57,961 nt of DNA, taken from a virus (lineage: Duplodnaviria; Caudoviricetes). Made by a program: the position numbers and the translations under genes. Of the stretch, positions 35,052 to 43,709 are shown in pieces (the stretch's first letter is position 1; every line of letters begins with the position of its first letter). The notes under the pieces were generated by a model. The model was not told where the DNA came from, did no database searches, and was given only the letters and a program-made list of their open reading frames with translations. Location: IMG/VR virus record IMGVR_UViG_3300038406_000153, positions 1-57,961 of that record; one strand, given 5' to 3'.

Positions 35052-35403
35052 CTTAGTGCGTGTGGGCAGTTATGTCCTGTGGGGAGGACAGGCGTGCTTG
35101 TGAGCAACGCTGCCAGGGAATCCGCAGAACAGACATTCAGGGACATGTCACTTTGGAGTGACATCTCTGCCTCCACCGAACGGCCAATATCCGATACGAA
35201 CCGAACGGCTGAATCCAGACACGCCAGGGCATGCACAGGCACACGAGAAGACCCCGGACGGGATGGCGTGGTCCGCGCATTGTCCAGATCCCGCCACCGG
35301 ATATCCAGAAAACGCACCAGCCTCCGTGGCAGTCTCGGACCCGGGTGGGGACTGCGGGCGCGCTGTCGGTCATGCTGGCGCGCCCGCACCCCAGCATGGA
35401 CGC

Positions 35404-35440
35404 AAAGAAAGCCGCCGCCCTCCCGAAGGAGAGCGGCGGC
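35404..35440 (-). terminator. Intrinsic terminator of the late operon
   Basis: GCCGCCGCTCTCC-TTCG-GGAGGGCGGCGGC-TTTCTTT after the holin. Confidence 0.85.
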
Positions 35441-35479
35441 GGCCTTGCTGGTACTTCTACTGGCACGTAGGCATAGAGC

Positions 35480-35695
35480 CTACTCGCGGTTGTCCGGCTG
35501 GATATACACCGGAGGGTCACTGCGGCGCCGGAACGTTTTGACCGCGGCCATCAGCATCACTATCGTCGCCAGCACTTGCGCGCCAGCCTCCGTGTACGCG
35601 GCCTGCTCGTCAGCGTTCACCAGACCCAGCACAGACAGCAGTCCCAAAATAGCGGTGAAAACACTGTAGATCGCAGCTCTTACATTGTCAGACAT
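35480..35695 (-). CDS. Holin
   Basis: 71 aa, two TM; VRAAIYSV..LLSVLGLV. Confidence 0.75.
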   Translation of the reverse strand: MSDNVRAAIYSVFTAILGLLSVLGLVNADEQAAYTEAGAQVLATIVMLMAAVKTFRRRSDPPVYIQPDNRE

Positions 35696-36358
35696 CTAAT
35701 CTCCTTCAGGTTCTTCGGTGGATTTGCAGATCACGGCCTCGATGGGGCCGTCAGTGGTCAGTACGGTCTCGGCGCTGGCCTCGTACCCGGTCGGGCACAT
35801 CGGCAACGGGTGGTCAGACAGATAGCTCTCAACCGCCGCGGCGACTTCCTCAGCAGTCGGTGGCGGACCCCGTTCACCTTGCGGCCCGGGCGGACCGGAG
35901 GCGGGCGGATTCGCCGTCAGGTAGTCCGCGACGGCGGTAGCGATCTGCTCAGCAGTCGGCCCCGGACCCCGCTCGCCGTCTGCCGGCGGGTTCTCCGTCA
36001 AGTAGTTGCTCACCGCCGCGGCGATCGCCGACGGCGTCGGCTCCACCGCCTCCACAGGATTCACCGAGAAATACGACTCCACAGCCGCATACACCTGCTC
36101 ATCAGAAGGAGGCGGACCTTGCTCGCCAGCCGGGCCGGGTTCACCGCGCAGAGAATCCGGGTCCTTCACACACGTATATCCCGCGGCCTCGACCTGCTGG
36201 CACAACGCCTCAGCGGCAACCACCGCCTCATCGGCGCGGTCCTTCTCGTCCTCAGCGCGCAGCCAGGACGACAGAGCCCCGTACCCGATCGCCCCGATGG
36301 CCACAGCCAACGCCACGACTGCAATCAGGACACGGTTACGAGGCAGGCTCCTAGTCAT
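35696..36358 (-). CDS. Membrane-anchored collagen-like repeat protein
   Basis: N-terminal TM, G-X-Y triplets, four P(T/S)..AV..Y...NP repeats. Confidence 0.75.
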   Translation of the reverse strand: MTRSLPRNRVLIAVVALAVAIGAIGYGALSSWLRAEDEKDRADEAVVAAEALCQQVEAAGYTCVKDPDSLRGEPGPAGEQGPPPSDEQVYAAVESYFSVNPVEAVEPTPSAIAAAVSNYLTENPPADGERGPGPTAEQIATAVADYLTANPPASGPPGPQGERGPPPTAEEVAAAVESYLSDHPLPMCPTGYEASAETVLTTDGPIEAVICKSTEEPEGD

Positions 36359-36678
36359 GGCACTGTACCCACCACATCCCGAAGCCGAGCGATCTCCGCC
36401 CGTAGGCTCGCAACCTCTTCACGCAGCTGCCCGACCTGGAGAGCCAGTTTCGCTTCACGGTCCTCAGCGGCACGCCGGTCCCGCAAAACCTGATCCAGAC
36501 GTTCTTGAAGCTCCGCCTCACGTTTGAGCGCCGCGTCAGCCCGCTGGTTGGCTTGCTTGATCCGCTCCAACGCCTGCCCACGGTCGCTCCGGTTGGAGCC
36601 CAGCAGGTAGATGATGACCACGGCCAGGATGCCCAGGCCACCACCGGTACCCAGCAGCGGACCAACATACTCAGCCAC
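36355..36678 (-). CDS. TM/coiled-coil lysis accessory protein
   Basis: N-terminal TM plus coiled coil. Confidence 0.7.
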   Translation of the reverse strand: MAEYVGPLLGTGGGLGILAVVIIYLLGSNRSDRGQALERIKQANQRADAALKREAELQERLDQVLRDRRAAEDREAKLALQVGQLREEVASLRAEIARLRDVVGTVP

Positions 36679-36683
36679 ACCTG

Positions 36684-37562
36684 TTATTCGCCGTCCAGGG
36701 AGCCGAGGACACGCCGCAGCGCCGCCTCAACAGCGTTGGTGTCCAGCGTGTGATCCACCAATCCGGCAACGGCTTCGGCCATAGGCCCGATCAGCGCCTC
36801 ACGCTCGGCCGCCCGCTCGGTCCGCTCAGTGGCCGCGGCCTTGTCAAGTTCAGCCTTGACGACCTTCTGAATATCGGGCGCGCTGGCACCCGCCACAGCG
36901 GCAAGGATCGCAGCTTGGCCGGCCAGGACTTCATTCTTGATGAGCTGCTTGGCTTCACGGGAATGCCCGTAACCGCTACCCAACAGGGTCTGAACAGACA
37001 GGGATTTACCCAGGTCGCCCCCGAGCTCACGAATCCACGCCGACAGCGGTACTTGATCGCTTAGTTCCATGTCGTCTTCTCCTTCAACGTAGCGTCTAAA
37101 TAGGGAGGTCTTATCGCGTTTCTCGCTGTCACGGAAATACGAAATGTGGGTGTGAGTCAAATGGGAGCCGTCTCCAGAACTGCGTTTCCCCAGACGATCC
37201 CAACGCTTCACCACCCGGCCATCCGGCGAGTAGATGATCTCCCGAATGTCCTTCGTGTCCGGTGCACCGGCTGCGCACTGGGCGACCAGCCACAGCGACA
37301 AATGCCGCAGATTCATGACACCCTTAGAGAACATCCCGATATCCAGGGCCATCGCGCCGTCAGTCGGATTCGCATCCCGCGAGGACTCAGAAACCGAATA
37401 GTCGCCCCAGCCGTAGTTGGCGCGGATCCGGTCCCACCCCAAGTGGTAGCCAGAGAAATGCGTGGCCTCGTTCCCGACGATCCCCACAGAGTTCGCCGGG
37501 ACCCCCAGGGCATCAATCACGTACGACCGGGCCGTTGACAGGGTTTGCGGTGCGTAGCTCAT
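36684..37562 (-). CDS. Endolysin (Zn-peptidase, M15-like)
   Basis: GYH, AMALDI, SHLTHTHISY; head of the lysis cassette. Confidence 0.75.
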   Translation of the reverse strand: MSYAPQTLSTARSYVIDALGVPANSVGIVGNEATHFSGYHLGWDRIRANYGWGDYSVSESSRDANPTDGAMALDIGMFSKGVMNLRHLSLWLVAQCAAGAPDTKDIREIIYSPDGRVVKRWDRLGKRSSGDGSHLTHTHISYFRDSEKRDKTSLFRRYVEGEDDMELSDQVPLSAWIRELGGDLGKSLSVQTLLGSGYGHSREAKQLIKNEVLAGQAAILAAVAGASAPDIQKVVKAELDKAAATERTERAAEREALIGPMAEAVAGLVDHTLDTNAVEAALRRVLGSLDGE

Positions 37563-37900
37563 GGGTTCTCCAGCGCGGCTACTCGCGCTTCAAGCGCGTC
37601 GAACTCCGCCATCGTCGGAACCGATTCAAATCCCGCCGCAAGATGGGCGGCAGGCCAAACCCCATTGAGATACCAATTGTCAGCGGTGGCCCATTTCGTT
37701 ACACCATCCCCTAGAGACATAACCAGTTGGAAAGACAGGGCACTATTCGAGAACACCTGGACAGTGAGAACTCCAGATCCTTCGGAGGCGACCTGGTATG
37801 TCATTTCAGGTGCCCCGCAGGGTTCCAGAAAATCCACAATGTCTGCGCTGTTGGTGCCGTCGTATGCGATCACGTGGATCGGCGTCGTATTAACTGTCAC
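37559..37900 (-). CDS. Hypothetical tail-region protein
   Basis: Coupled ORF. Confidence 0.65.
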   Translation of the reverse strand: MTVNTTPIHVIAYDGTNSADIVDFLEPCGAPEMTYQVASEGSGVLTVQVFSNSALSFQLVMSLGDGVTKWATADNWYLNGVWPAAHLAAGFESVPTMAEFDALEARVAALENP

Positions 37901-38840
37901 GGGTATTCTCCAATGCGTCTAGTCGGGCCGACAGCGCGTCGATCTGCTGCTGTTGGGACTCCAGCCGGGTTTGTTGGTTTTTGGCGACGGCCAGCAGCGC
38001 TACAGTCAGCCGGTCATACGAGATCGCTTCAGGACCTTCATCGTCATACGTGACGAACTGACCCATCCCGCATTCATCCAGCTGCTCAGCGATCAAACCG
38101 ACATGCCGTGAGGAGTCCTCTTCGTTGGCGGCCGTGAACGTGACCGGTTCCATAGCCAACACCGTGTCGGCGTCGAGTTCCAACGGCTGGATATGAGCCT
38201 TGTATCGACGGCTGGACGAAGATCGCAGGACCCGCCCGGTTGCCGGATCAAGGTTGCAGTTCGCGCCGTTGACTGTCGTAGCACCGTGCGGGACGATCCG
38301 GACATCATCCGTATCCGAATCCAATTTCACGGGCCCGCCCCGGGCCTCCACCAGGACCCCGAAGACACCCGAAGAGATCAGCGAAACACTGAAATCACCG
38401 AACAATCCCGCATGCTGCGAGTAGACAGTGAAATGATAGACCGGGTTCGGTAGGCTCCCGATCCGTACCTGTGAACCCGAAGTCCGGTCGGTCGCATTGA
38501 AAATATCGGTCGCGTCTGGACGTTGCACAATGAACCCATACCCCGGTTCACCGTCATCGTTGAAGGACCCAGCCCATGTGGATGCTTTTCCGTTGGGGTG
38601 GAGCGTCAGAACTTGCCCGCCGTCAAACGCGATGACTTTCCCGCCGTCGCGGACGTTGACGTTTCCGCCGCCCTCAACATCCAGCGACCCTTTGTCGTAG
38701 ATACGCAAGCCGTCTTCACCGATCGAGGATTGTCCGAGCGACCGAGCCCGGGCCTGTTCATCTATCCGGTTGGACTGTTTCCGCAGCTCACGAACCGTAT
38801 CGACTCGCCCGGCAGACATCATGTGGCTATATCGACCCAT
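37890..38840 (-). CDS. Tail protein with C-terminal S74 intramolecular chaperone
   Basis: SSRRYK..I..GLIAEQL..ISYDRLTVALL, then coiled coil; start uncertain. Confidence 0.85.
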   Translation of the reverse strand: MGRYSHMMSAGRVDTVRELRKQSNRIDEQARARSLGQSSIGEDGLRIYDKGSLDVEGGGNVNVRDGGKVIAFDGGQVLTLHPNGKASTWAGSFNDDGEPGYGFIVQRPDATDIFNATDRTSGSQVRIGSLPNPVYHFTVYSQHAGLFGDFSVSLISSGVFGVLVEARGGPVKLDSDTDDVRIVPHGATTVNGANCNLDPATGRVLRSSSSRRYKAHIQPLELDADTVLAMEPVTFTAANEEDSSRHVGLIAEQLDECGMGQFVTYDDEGPEAISYDRLTVALLAVAKNQQTRLESQQQQIDALSARLDALENTRDS

Positions 38841-41283
38841 TACTGCCCTCCAACACTAGTTCCACTTCGGATTTTTGAAGGTCGAGGGTCCAGCCGATGA
38901 CCCGGCCCTGCCCCATCACGCCAGTCGGGTGACCGGAGCCCTTCACGACCCAGGCCACGTCATCCCCCAAATACCAGTCCACGCCCAGCATCGGGTAGGC
39001 GTCCCACCGTGTCGTGAGTCGCCATATTGTGGTGCCAGCGTGGATCCGGTCGTACTCGGCTTGGGCGTGACCATCCAAAATCAGTGGATCGGTGATGTCT
39101 GTACCCGGCTGGAAATAATGTTCGATGATCGGCCAGCCGTCCGCCAGAGCAGCCAAGTCGATGACCGGTTGCGATTCGGGTTGATCCTCGCCCTGGCCAC
39201 TGGAATACGCTCGCATCCAGTTTCCGGCTTTACCGCTACTCCAGTCCTCAAGGTACTTATAGCGTGCTTCAGCCGAAGATTTCGACTCGAAAATACTGTT
39301 CGCGGTGACCTCGAAGATCACCGGCAGATCCGCTTGAGCCCCGATACGCGGTTTGAGTCTCGCGATCTTGTCTATCCTGGTCTGGGATGTATCCGACCAT
39401 TCGACATCTACAGTGAACTCCGGGCCACCCGGCGACATGGACAGTTCATCCAACGCCGGGAAAATGTGCTTACGCGACTTCGCGAAATACTCCCGGGAAG
39501 CAATGACCCCTGTCGGTACGGCGTCTACCAGGAACCCCATGCCCTGCCCGATACCGTCCTTGGACTCACCATCAGCTATCAAACTACCGGCGATCACGGA
39601 CCCAATATCCTGGTCCACAAAGTTGTGATCGTTGATGGTCCGGCGGAGCCAATACCCCTCCAGGGAGACGACCCCCAGCTGACAGTACGGGTCGGTCCCC
39701 AGTTCGCGAGGCAGGATCCACCCCGCCCCAGCAGGGATATCATTCACAATCGGGACGATCATGGTCCGGCCAGGATGCGTCGCGGCGACAATCTGGTCAA
39801 TGTTTCGACCGGGGGAACCGATAGGTGTCGTCAGGTTCGTGGATGTGTGTTCACACAGGACCCGCCCGAAGCTCCCCGTCAAATCAGGGAGTTCGTCGAT
39901 GACGGTTCCGTTGACCGCGTTGCACGCCAACCAGGTGACAGAGGTCCGTTTCCTGGCCTCTGTTGGGGGCGGCAGAATGATCGGCGGTTCAGGGTCCGGC
40001 CCCGGTTCCTCATCCAACGTGATGACGTGCGAGTAGGAGCCCAGGGCCGTGCTGAATGTGTACGCCGTGGCGGTGATCGTGATCGATGAACCAACATCAG
40101 CAACAGAGAGAGTCCCGTACTGTCCACGTTGGGACGATACGGCGAGGTCTTTCCAGGACTGTGCGCCAGACGGCGACGCATCCAGTGCCGCGAACTGTGC
40201 GACCGGGAATCCTCCGTATAGGTTCTCCCGCCGGATTCCGGTGGAGTGCGCGTCGCCTTGGACCAGCCACATGCGAGGCAGCCAAGACCTACTGGCGTCA
40301 CCACCAGGCGCACCGAGAATGTCGATGACTCTTTGTCTGGCGTGGGTGAATGAGGCCCACGTGTCCACACCGGTGGGGTGCTCCCACTGTGCCGTAGACA
40401 CCAGGACGAGAGCCTGAGCCGTCGAAGCAAACAGCGTGTTGCTCAGCCACGTTTCTTGCTCCACGCCGAGCATCTGTTTAGACGGTGTGTCGGCATCCGA
40501 GTTGGGGTCACGGTTGGCTCTACAGTCCAACACGACAAACAGGATTCGCCCTATCTGGAACGAATGGTAGTTCGCTCCCAGTGGATCGCCCGAACCCCTC
40601 AGGTAGTGGGGTGTCCGCTCCTGCCACGCAGCGACGGCGTTATCCCGACCCGGCGAGGTCCGGTCACTGTTGTCGGGACCGAAATCATGGTCGTCGTACA
40701 TGGCGACCGTGTTGACACTCCGGTACAACTCATGCTGGCGGGACTGCAACAGCACATCGTCCCATGCCCGCCGGTACTCCGTGATGCTTGCGCCGACGAT
40801 CCCATGCTTATCGCTGCCCAGGTCGTAGTAGTGCCAGTCGCCCATCCCGATCCATGCACGCCAGTCCTCGGCCAGCGCGCGGACCCTGATCGTGTCGAAA
40901 ATCGTCGAGTTAGACAACCTGCTGGGCGCCAGGACAGCGCCCTCACCCTCCACATCCGGGGTAGACCCGGCGCAGGACGCGGCGCCGATCGTGAATGATG
41001 CGGGAGCCCCGGCAGGCGGGAGTGTCCGGACCTGGCCGGGGAAGGTTGTATCCTGCCCGTCCGAGTCCTCAATGGCATAGTGGTAGCGGGTGTCCGGGTC
41101 GAGGTCCGTGACGGCAACCGTGGCGATGCCTTCCCCGGTGGGCGTGAAATCCGGAGTCGTGATCGGGGAAGTCAACCCGACATCGAGGGCTACGACGGCG
41201 CGCGCGAACGTGCCCGTCGTTTTCACTCGCAGGACGAACCCGGTCGGTGTGGCCGCACCCACCATCACACTCGTGACTGTCAT
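38827..41283 (-). CDS. PhoD-like metallophosphatase fused to a minor tail (hub-like) domain
   Basis: GDWHYYD, YDDHDFG.DN, LDCR, QGDAH; Pro linker; C-terminal half resembles actinophage minor tail proteins. Confidence 0.85.
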   Translation of the reverse strand: MTVTSVMVGAATPTGFVLRVKTTGTFARAVVALDVGLTSPITTPDFTPTGEGIATVAVTDLDPDTRYHYAIEDSDGQDTTFPGQVRTLPPAGAPASFTIGAASCAGSTPDVEGEGAVLAPSRLSNSTIFDTIRVRALAEDWRAWIGMGDWHYYDLGSDKHGIVGASITEYRRAWDDVLLQSRQHELYRSVNTVAMYDDHDFGPDNSDRTSPGRDNAVAAWQERTPHYLRGSGDPLGANYHSFQIGRILFVVLDCRANRDPNSDADTPSKQMLGVEQETWLSNTLFASTAQALVLVSTAQWEHPTGVDTWASFTHARQRVIDILGAPGGDASRSWLPRMWLVQGDAHSTGIRRENLYGGFPVAQFAALDASPSGAQSWKDLAVSSQRGQYGTLSVADVGSSITITATAYTFSTALGSYSHVITLDEEPGPDPEPPIILPPPTEARKRTSVTWLACNAVNGTVIDELPDLTGSFGRVLCEHTSTNLTTPIGSPGRNIDQIVAATHPGRTMIVPIVNDIPAGAGWILPRELGTDPYCQLGVVSLEGYWLRRTINDHNFVDQDIGSVIAGSLIADGESKDGIGQGMGFLVDAVPTGVIASREYFAKSRKHIFPALDELSMSPGGPEFTVDVEWSDTSQTRIDKIARLKPRIGAQADLPVIFEVTANSIFESKSSAEARYKYLEDWSSGKAGNWMRAYSSGQGEDQPESQPVIDLAALADGWPIIEHYFQPGTDITDPLILDGHAQAEYDRIHAGTTIWRLTTRWDAYPMLGVDWYLGDDVAWVVKGSGHPTGVMGQGRVIGWTLDLQKSEVELVLEGSNGSI

Positions 41284-42839
41284 TAATGGACTTCTACATA
41301 TACGGCGCCGCTGCCGCCGGTACCGCCAGAGCGTGCCGCTTGTGAAGCACGGTTGTGGCCACCACTGCCGCCACCGCCCTTGCCGACCGCCGCGAACCCG
41401 TTGCCGCCCTGCGTCGCCGCAGAACTCAACCGGTGGCCAGACAGATGCGACCCGCCGCCGTCACCAATAGTCAACCTCTGAGGAGGCGAAACGTTGCCGT
41501 CGACACTGCCGTGGAATCCATCGCCGCCGGGAACATTCAGCATCCCGCCGGTCGCGGTACCGCCCACACCTCCGTCACCAATATTTGATCCGGTAGACGC
41601 CGCGACGCCCTCACCAAAACCGCCACCAGTAGCCGAACAGTGAGCACCAAACGCGCTATTACCTCCAACGGTGCCGTTGTTGTTTCCCGCACCGCCGCCG
41701 GCACCCGCGACACCAACCGTCACCGTTTCGGAAGTGGCCAGATCACTGAAGGGAATGATTTTGTAGCTGTACCCGCCGGCGCCGCCACCGCCTGCGGCCG
41801 CCGCTTGGGATGCTGAGGTTGCTGCGCAACCGCCACCGCCACCGCCAGCAGCTTGGACGTGCACGATCACATACCGGCCCCACTTGTAGTTGGACTTCGA
41901 GAAGGCCCCGTTCGTCGCGAATTCCACCATTGAAGGGGTGTTGGCCGACGCGACGATTTCCCACGCGGAACCAGAAAACCGGACCAGCGCGTCAGCGTCC
42001 GCCAAATCCGCGTAGTCCGCTTCCCGCCGGAACGTGGCAGGAAGCCCCGCAGTTGTTCGGACAGGAAGGATCCCGCCCTTGGCGACAGTGAAATCGCCGT
42101 CGAAATCCAGAGTGGCTGCACCCGGAGACACGGGGACAGTCGCGGTCGCGAGCAGGAGCGTCCCGGCAGGAGTCGCCGGAGTACCCGCCCCAGCCGTCCC
42201 GGGGACATACCGGGTCCTGGCTAGACGCTGACCGGAGGAATCCTCGTCATCGTCTAGGACCTCAGCGACAATCAGGTCAATCCTGGTGTTGGAGCCGTCC
42301 GGCGGATTCAAATCATGAGTACCAGCAGGGATCGCCACCAGGTACGGTCCGGCTTGTGTCCCGCCGTCCGTAGGATTGACCACACAGGTCAGATCCCCGA
42401 CAGTCACCTGGGTACCAGACAGGGAAACCTCAGACACGGACGTGTTTTGCAGGATCCCTGGCCGGGCACCGAACCGCCCAGTACCAGGCAGATCCGGGCG
42501 GCCCTTGTACATGAGCCCGCCGAACGGCCTGCGCAGTTCCGGGGCGTCATACACCGGCTCGGCCACATACACATCAGCTCCGCCGTCAGCGCCGAACTCC
42601 ATAACATTGCCGCCAGGCGATGCCGACAGCTGGAACGTATCGGTAGTGACATTCCTGGTCCAATAGGGTGCATTTTCGACGAGGACGCCGACAGCGCCAC
42701 CGGTGACAGTGTCGACCCTGACCTCCGTCAGATCAGCCATATTGTGCGTCGTAATCGTTGCGACATCACCGGCCGCCGCAATCGTTGCGGTTCCTTTGGC
42801 TTCACCGTTTCCGGTGGCCATCCACAGAGCATTACCCAT
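41283..42839 (-). CDS. Minor tail protein, Gly-rich C-terminus
   Basis: RIDLIVA motif; Gly-rich tail; position. Confidence 0.8.
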   Translation of the reverse strand: MGNALWMATGNGEAKGTATIAAAGDVATITTHNMADLTEVRVDTVTGGAVGVLVENAPYWTRNVTTDTFQLSASPGGNVMEFGADGGADVYVAEPVYDAPELRRPFGGLMYKGRPDLPGTGRFGARPGILQNTSVSEVSLSGTQVTVGDLTCVVNPTDGGTQAGPYLVAIPAGTHDLNPPDGSNTRIDLIVAEVLDDDEDSSGQRLARTRYVPGTAGAGTPATPAGTLLLATATVPVSPGAATLDFDGDFTVAKGGILPVRTTAGLPATFRREADYADLADADALVRFSGSAWEIVASANTPSMVEFATNGAFSKSNYKWGRYVIVHVQAAGGGGGGCAATSASQAAAAGGGGAGGYSYKIIPFSDLATSETVTVGVAGAGGGAGNNNGTVGGNSAFGAHCSATGGGFGEGVAASTGSNIGDGGVGGTATGGMLNVPGGDGFHGSVDGNVSPPQRLTIGDGGGSHLSGHRLSSAATQGGNGFAAVGKGGGGSGGHNRASQAARSGGTGGSGAVYVEVH

Positions 42840-42842
42840 TTC

Positions 42843-43709
42843 CTACCACCACGTGTGTCTATAGCGGACCTCAAGAGACCCGGCATCGAAATCGGACGCC
42901 CCGAAACGGATCGTGGAGACCCCTGGGGGAAGAAGCGGAAAATCACCGGAAACTTGGCCGCGGCGAGTCGAAACACCATTCAGCAGGACACTGTGAGATT
43001 TCGTGTCAATGTCCAGCCACTGGCCGTCAGTCAGATCGAAAAGGACCTGAAGACGTTGCGGTTCCCGCCCGAAATGTTGAAGAGTCACCGAAGGTCGGGA
43101 GATTGGGCCGTTGATGCGCAGGTTAAGCCCAGTATCCGCGGTACCCTCGTTCGTCAATGTCGCTCGGCCGCCCAAAGACCTCGACCGGATACGAAACGGG
43201 ACACTTACCGGAACCGAGAGGCCACCCAGTTGAGTGGTCGCACCAATCCCCGTAACCTCCACCAGCTCACCCGAATAGTTGAACGGGTCGTTCGCGACGA
43301 AACCACATTGTACGAACCCGGTCCCACCCGGAACCGTCGACAGTTCTGGTTCCACCATTCTGGGTCGGCCGAACAGGACATATTCACGGCCGCCCTTGTG
43401 GTACCGCAGCTCCACGTCAGCGATCACGTCACCGATAGGTCTGAAAGCAGCAGCCAACACCTGGTATGCGGCCCAATACGTGGCCTCTGTGGAGGTGTCG
43501 ATCATCAGGCGTATAGGGACGATCCGTTCGCCCAGCCACTCGGCCGCAGAATACGACCCGTGGTTCCACGCCCTAGGGCCAGTCCCCGTGGTCCTGGTGT
43601 TCATCGTTAGTGGGTTGAATTCGTGCGTGACCCGGTACACTGTGCCTGGTCTGGCGGCACTATCCAGGACCAGATCCCGGATCGAGATCTGGCCATCCAA
43701 AAGCGCCAT
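42843..43709 (-). CDS. Distal tail protein
   Basis: After tape measure; FVANDPFNY, NEGTA..I.GP..P, LPPG. Confidence 0.8.
   Translation of the reverse strand: MALLDGQISIRDLVLDSAARPGTVYRVTHEFNPLTMNTRTTGTGPRAWNHGSYSAAEWLGERIVPIRLMIDTSTEATYWAAYQVLAAAFRPIGDVIADVELRYHKGGREYVLFGRPRMVEPELSTVPGGTGFVQCGFVANDPFNYSGELVEVTGIGATTQLGGLSVPVSVPFRIRSRSLGGRATLTNEGTADTGLNLRINGPISRPSVTLQHFGREPQRLQVLFDLTDGQWLDIDTKSHSVLLNGVSTRRGQVSGDFPLLPPGVSTIRFGASDFDAGSLEVRYRHTWW

Noticed and set aside
34732-35669. ORFs between antirepressor and holin
   Set aside because: No motifs or RBS; they cross the terminator and promoter elements
41283-41900. Gly-rich repeats as a diversity-generating target
   Set aside because: No reverse transcriptase or template/variable repeat pair; ordinary Gly-rich tail domain
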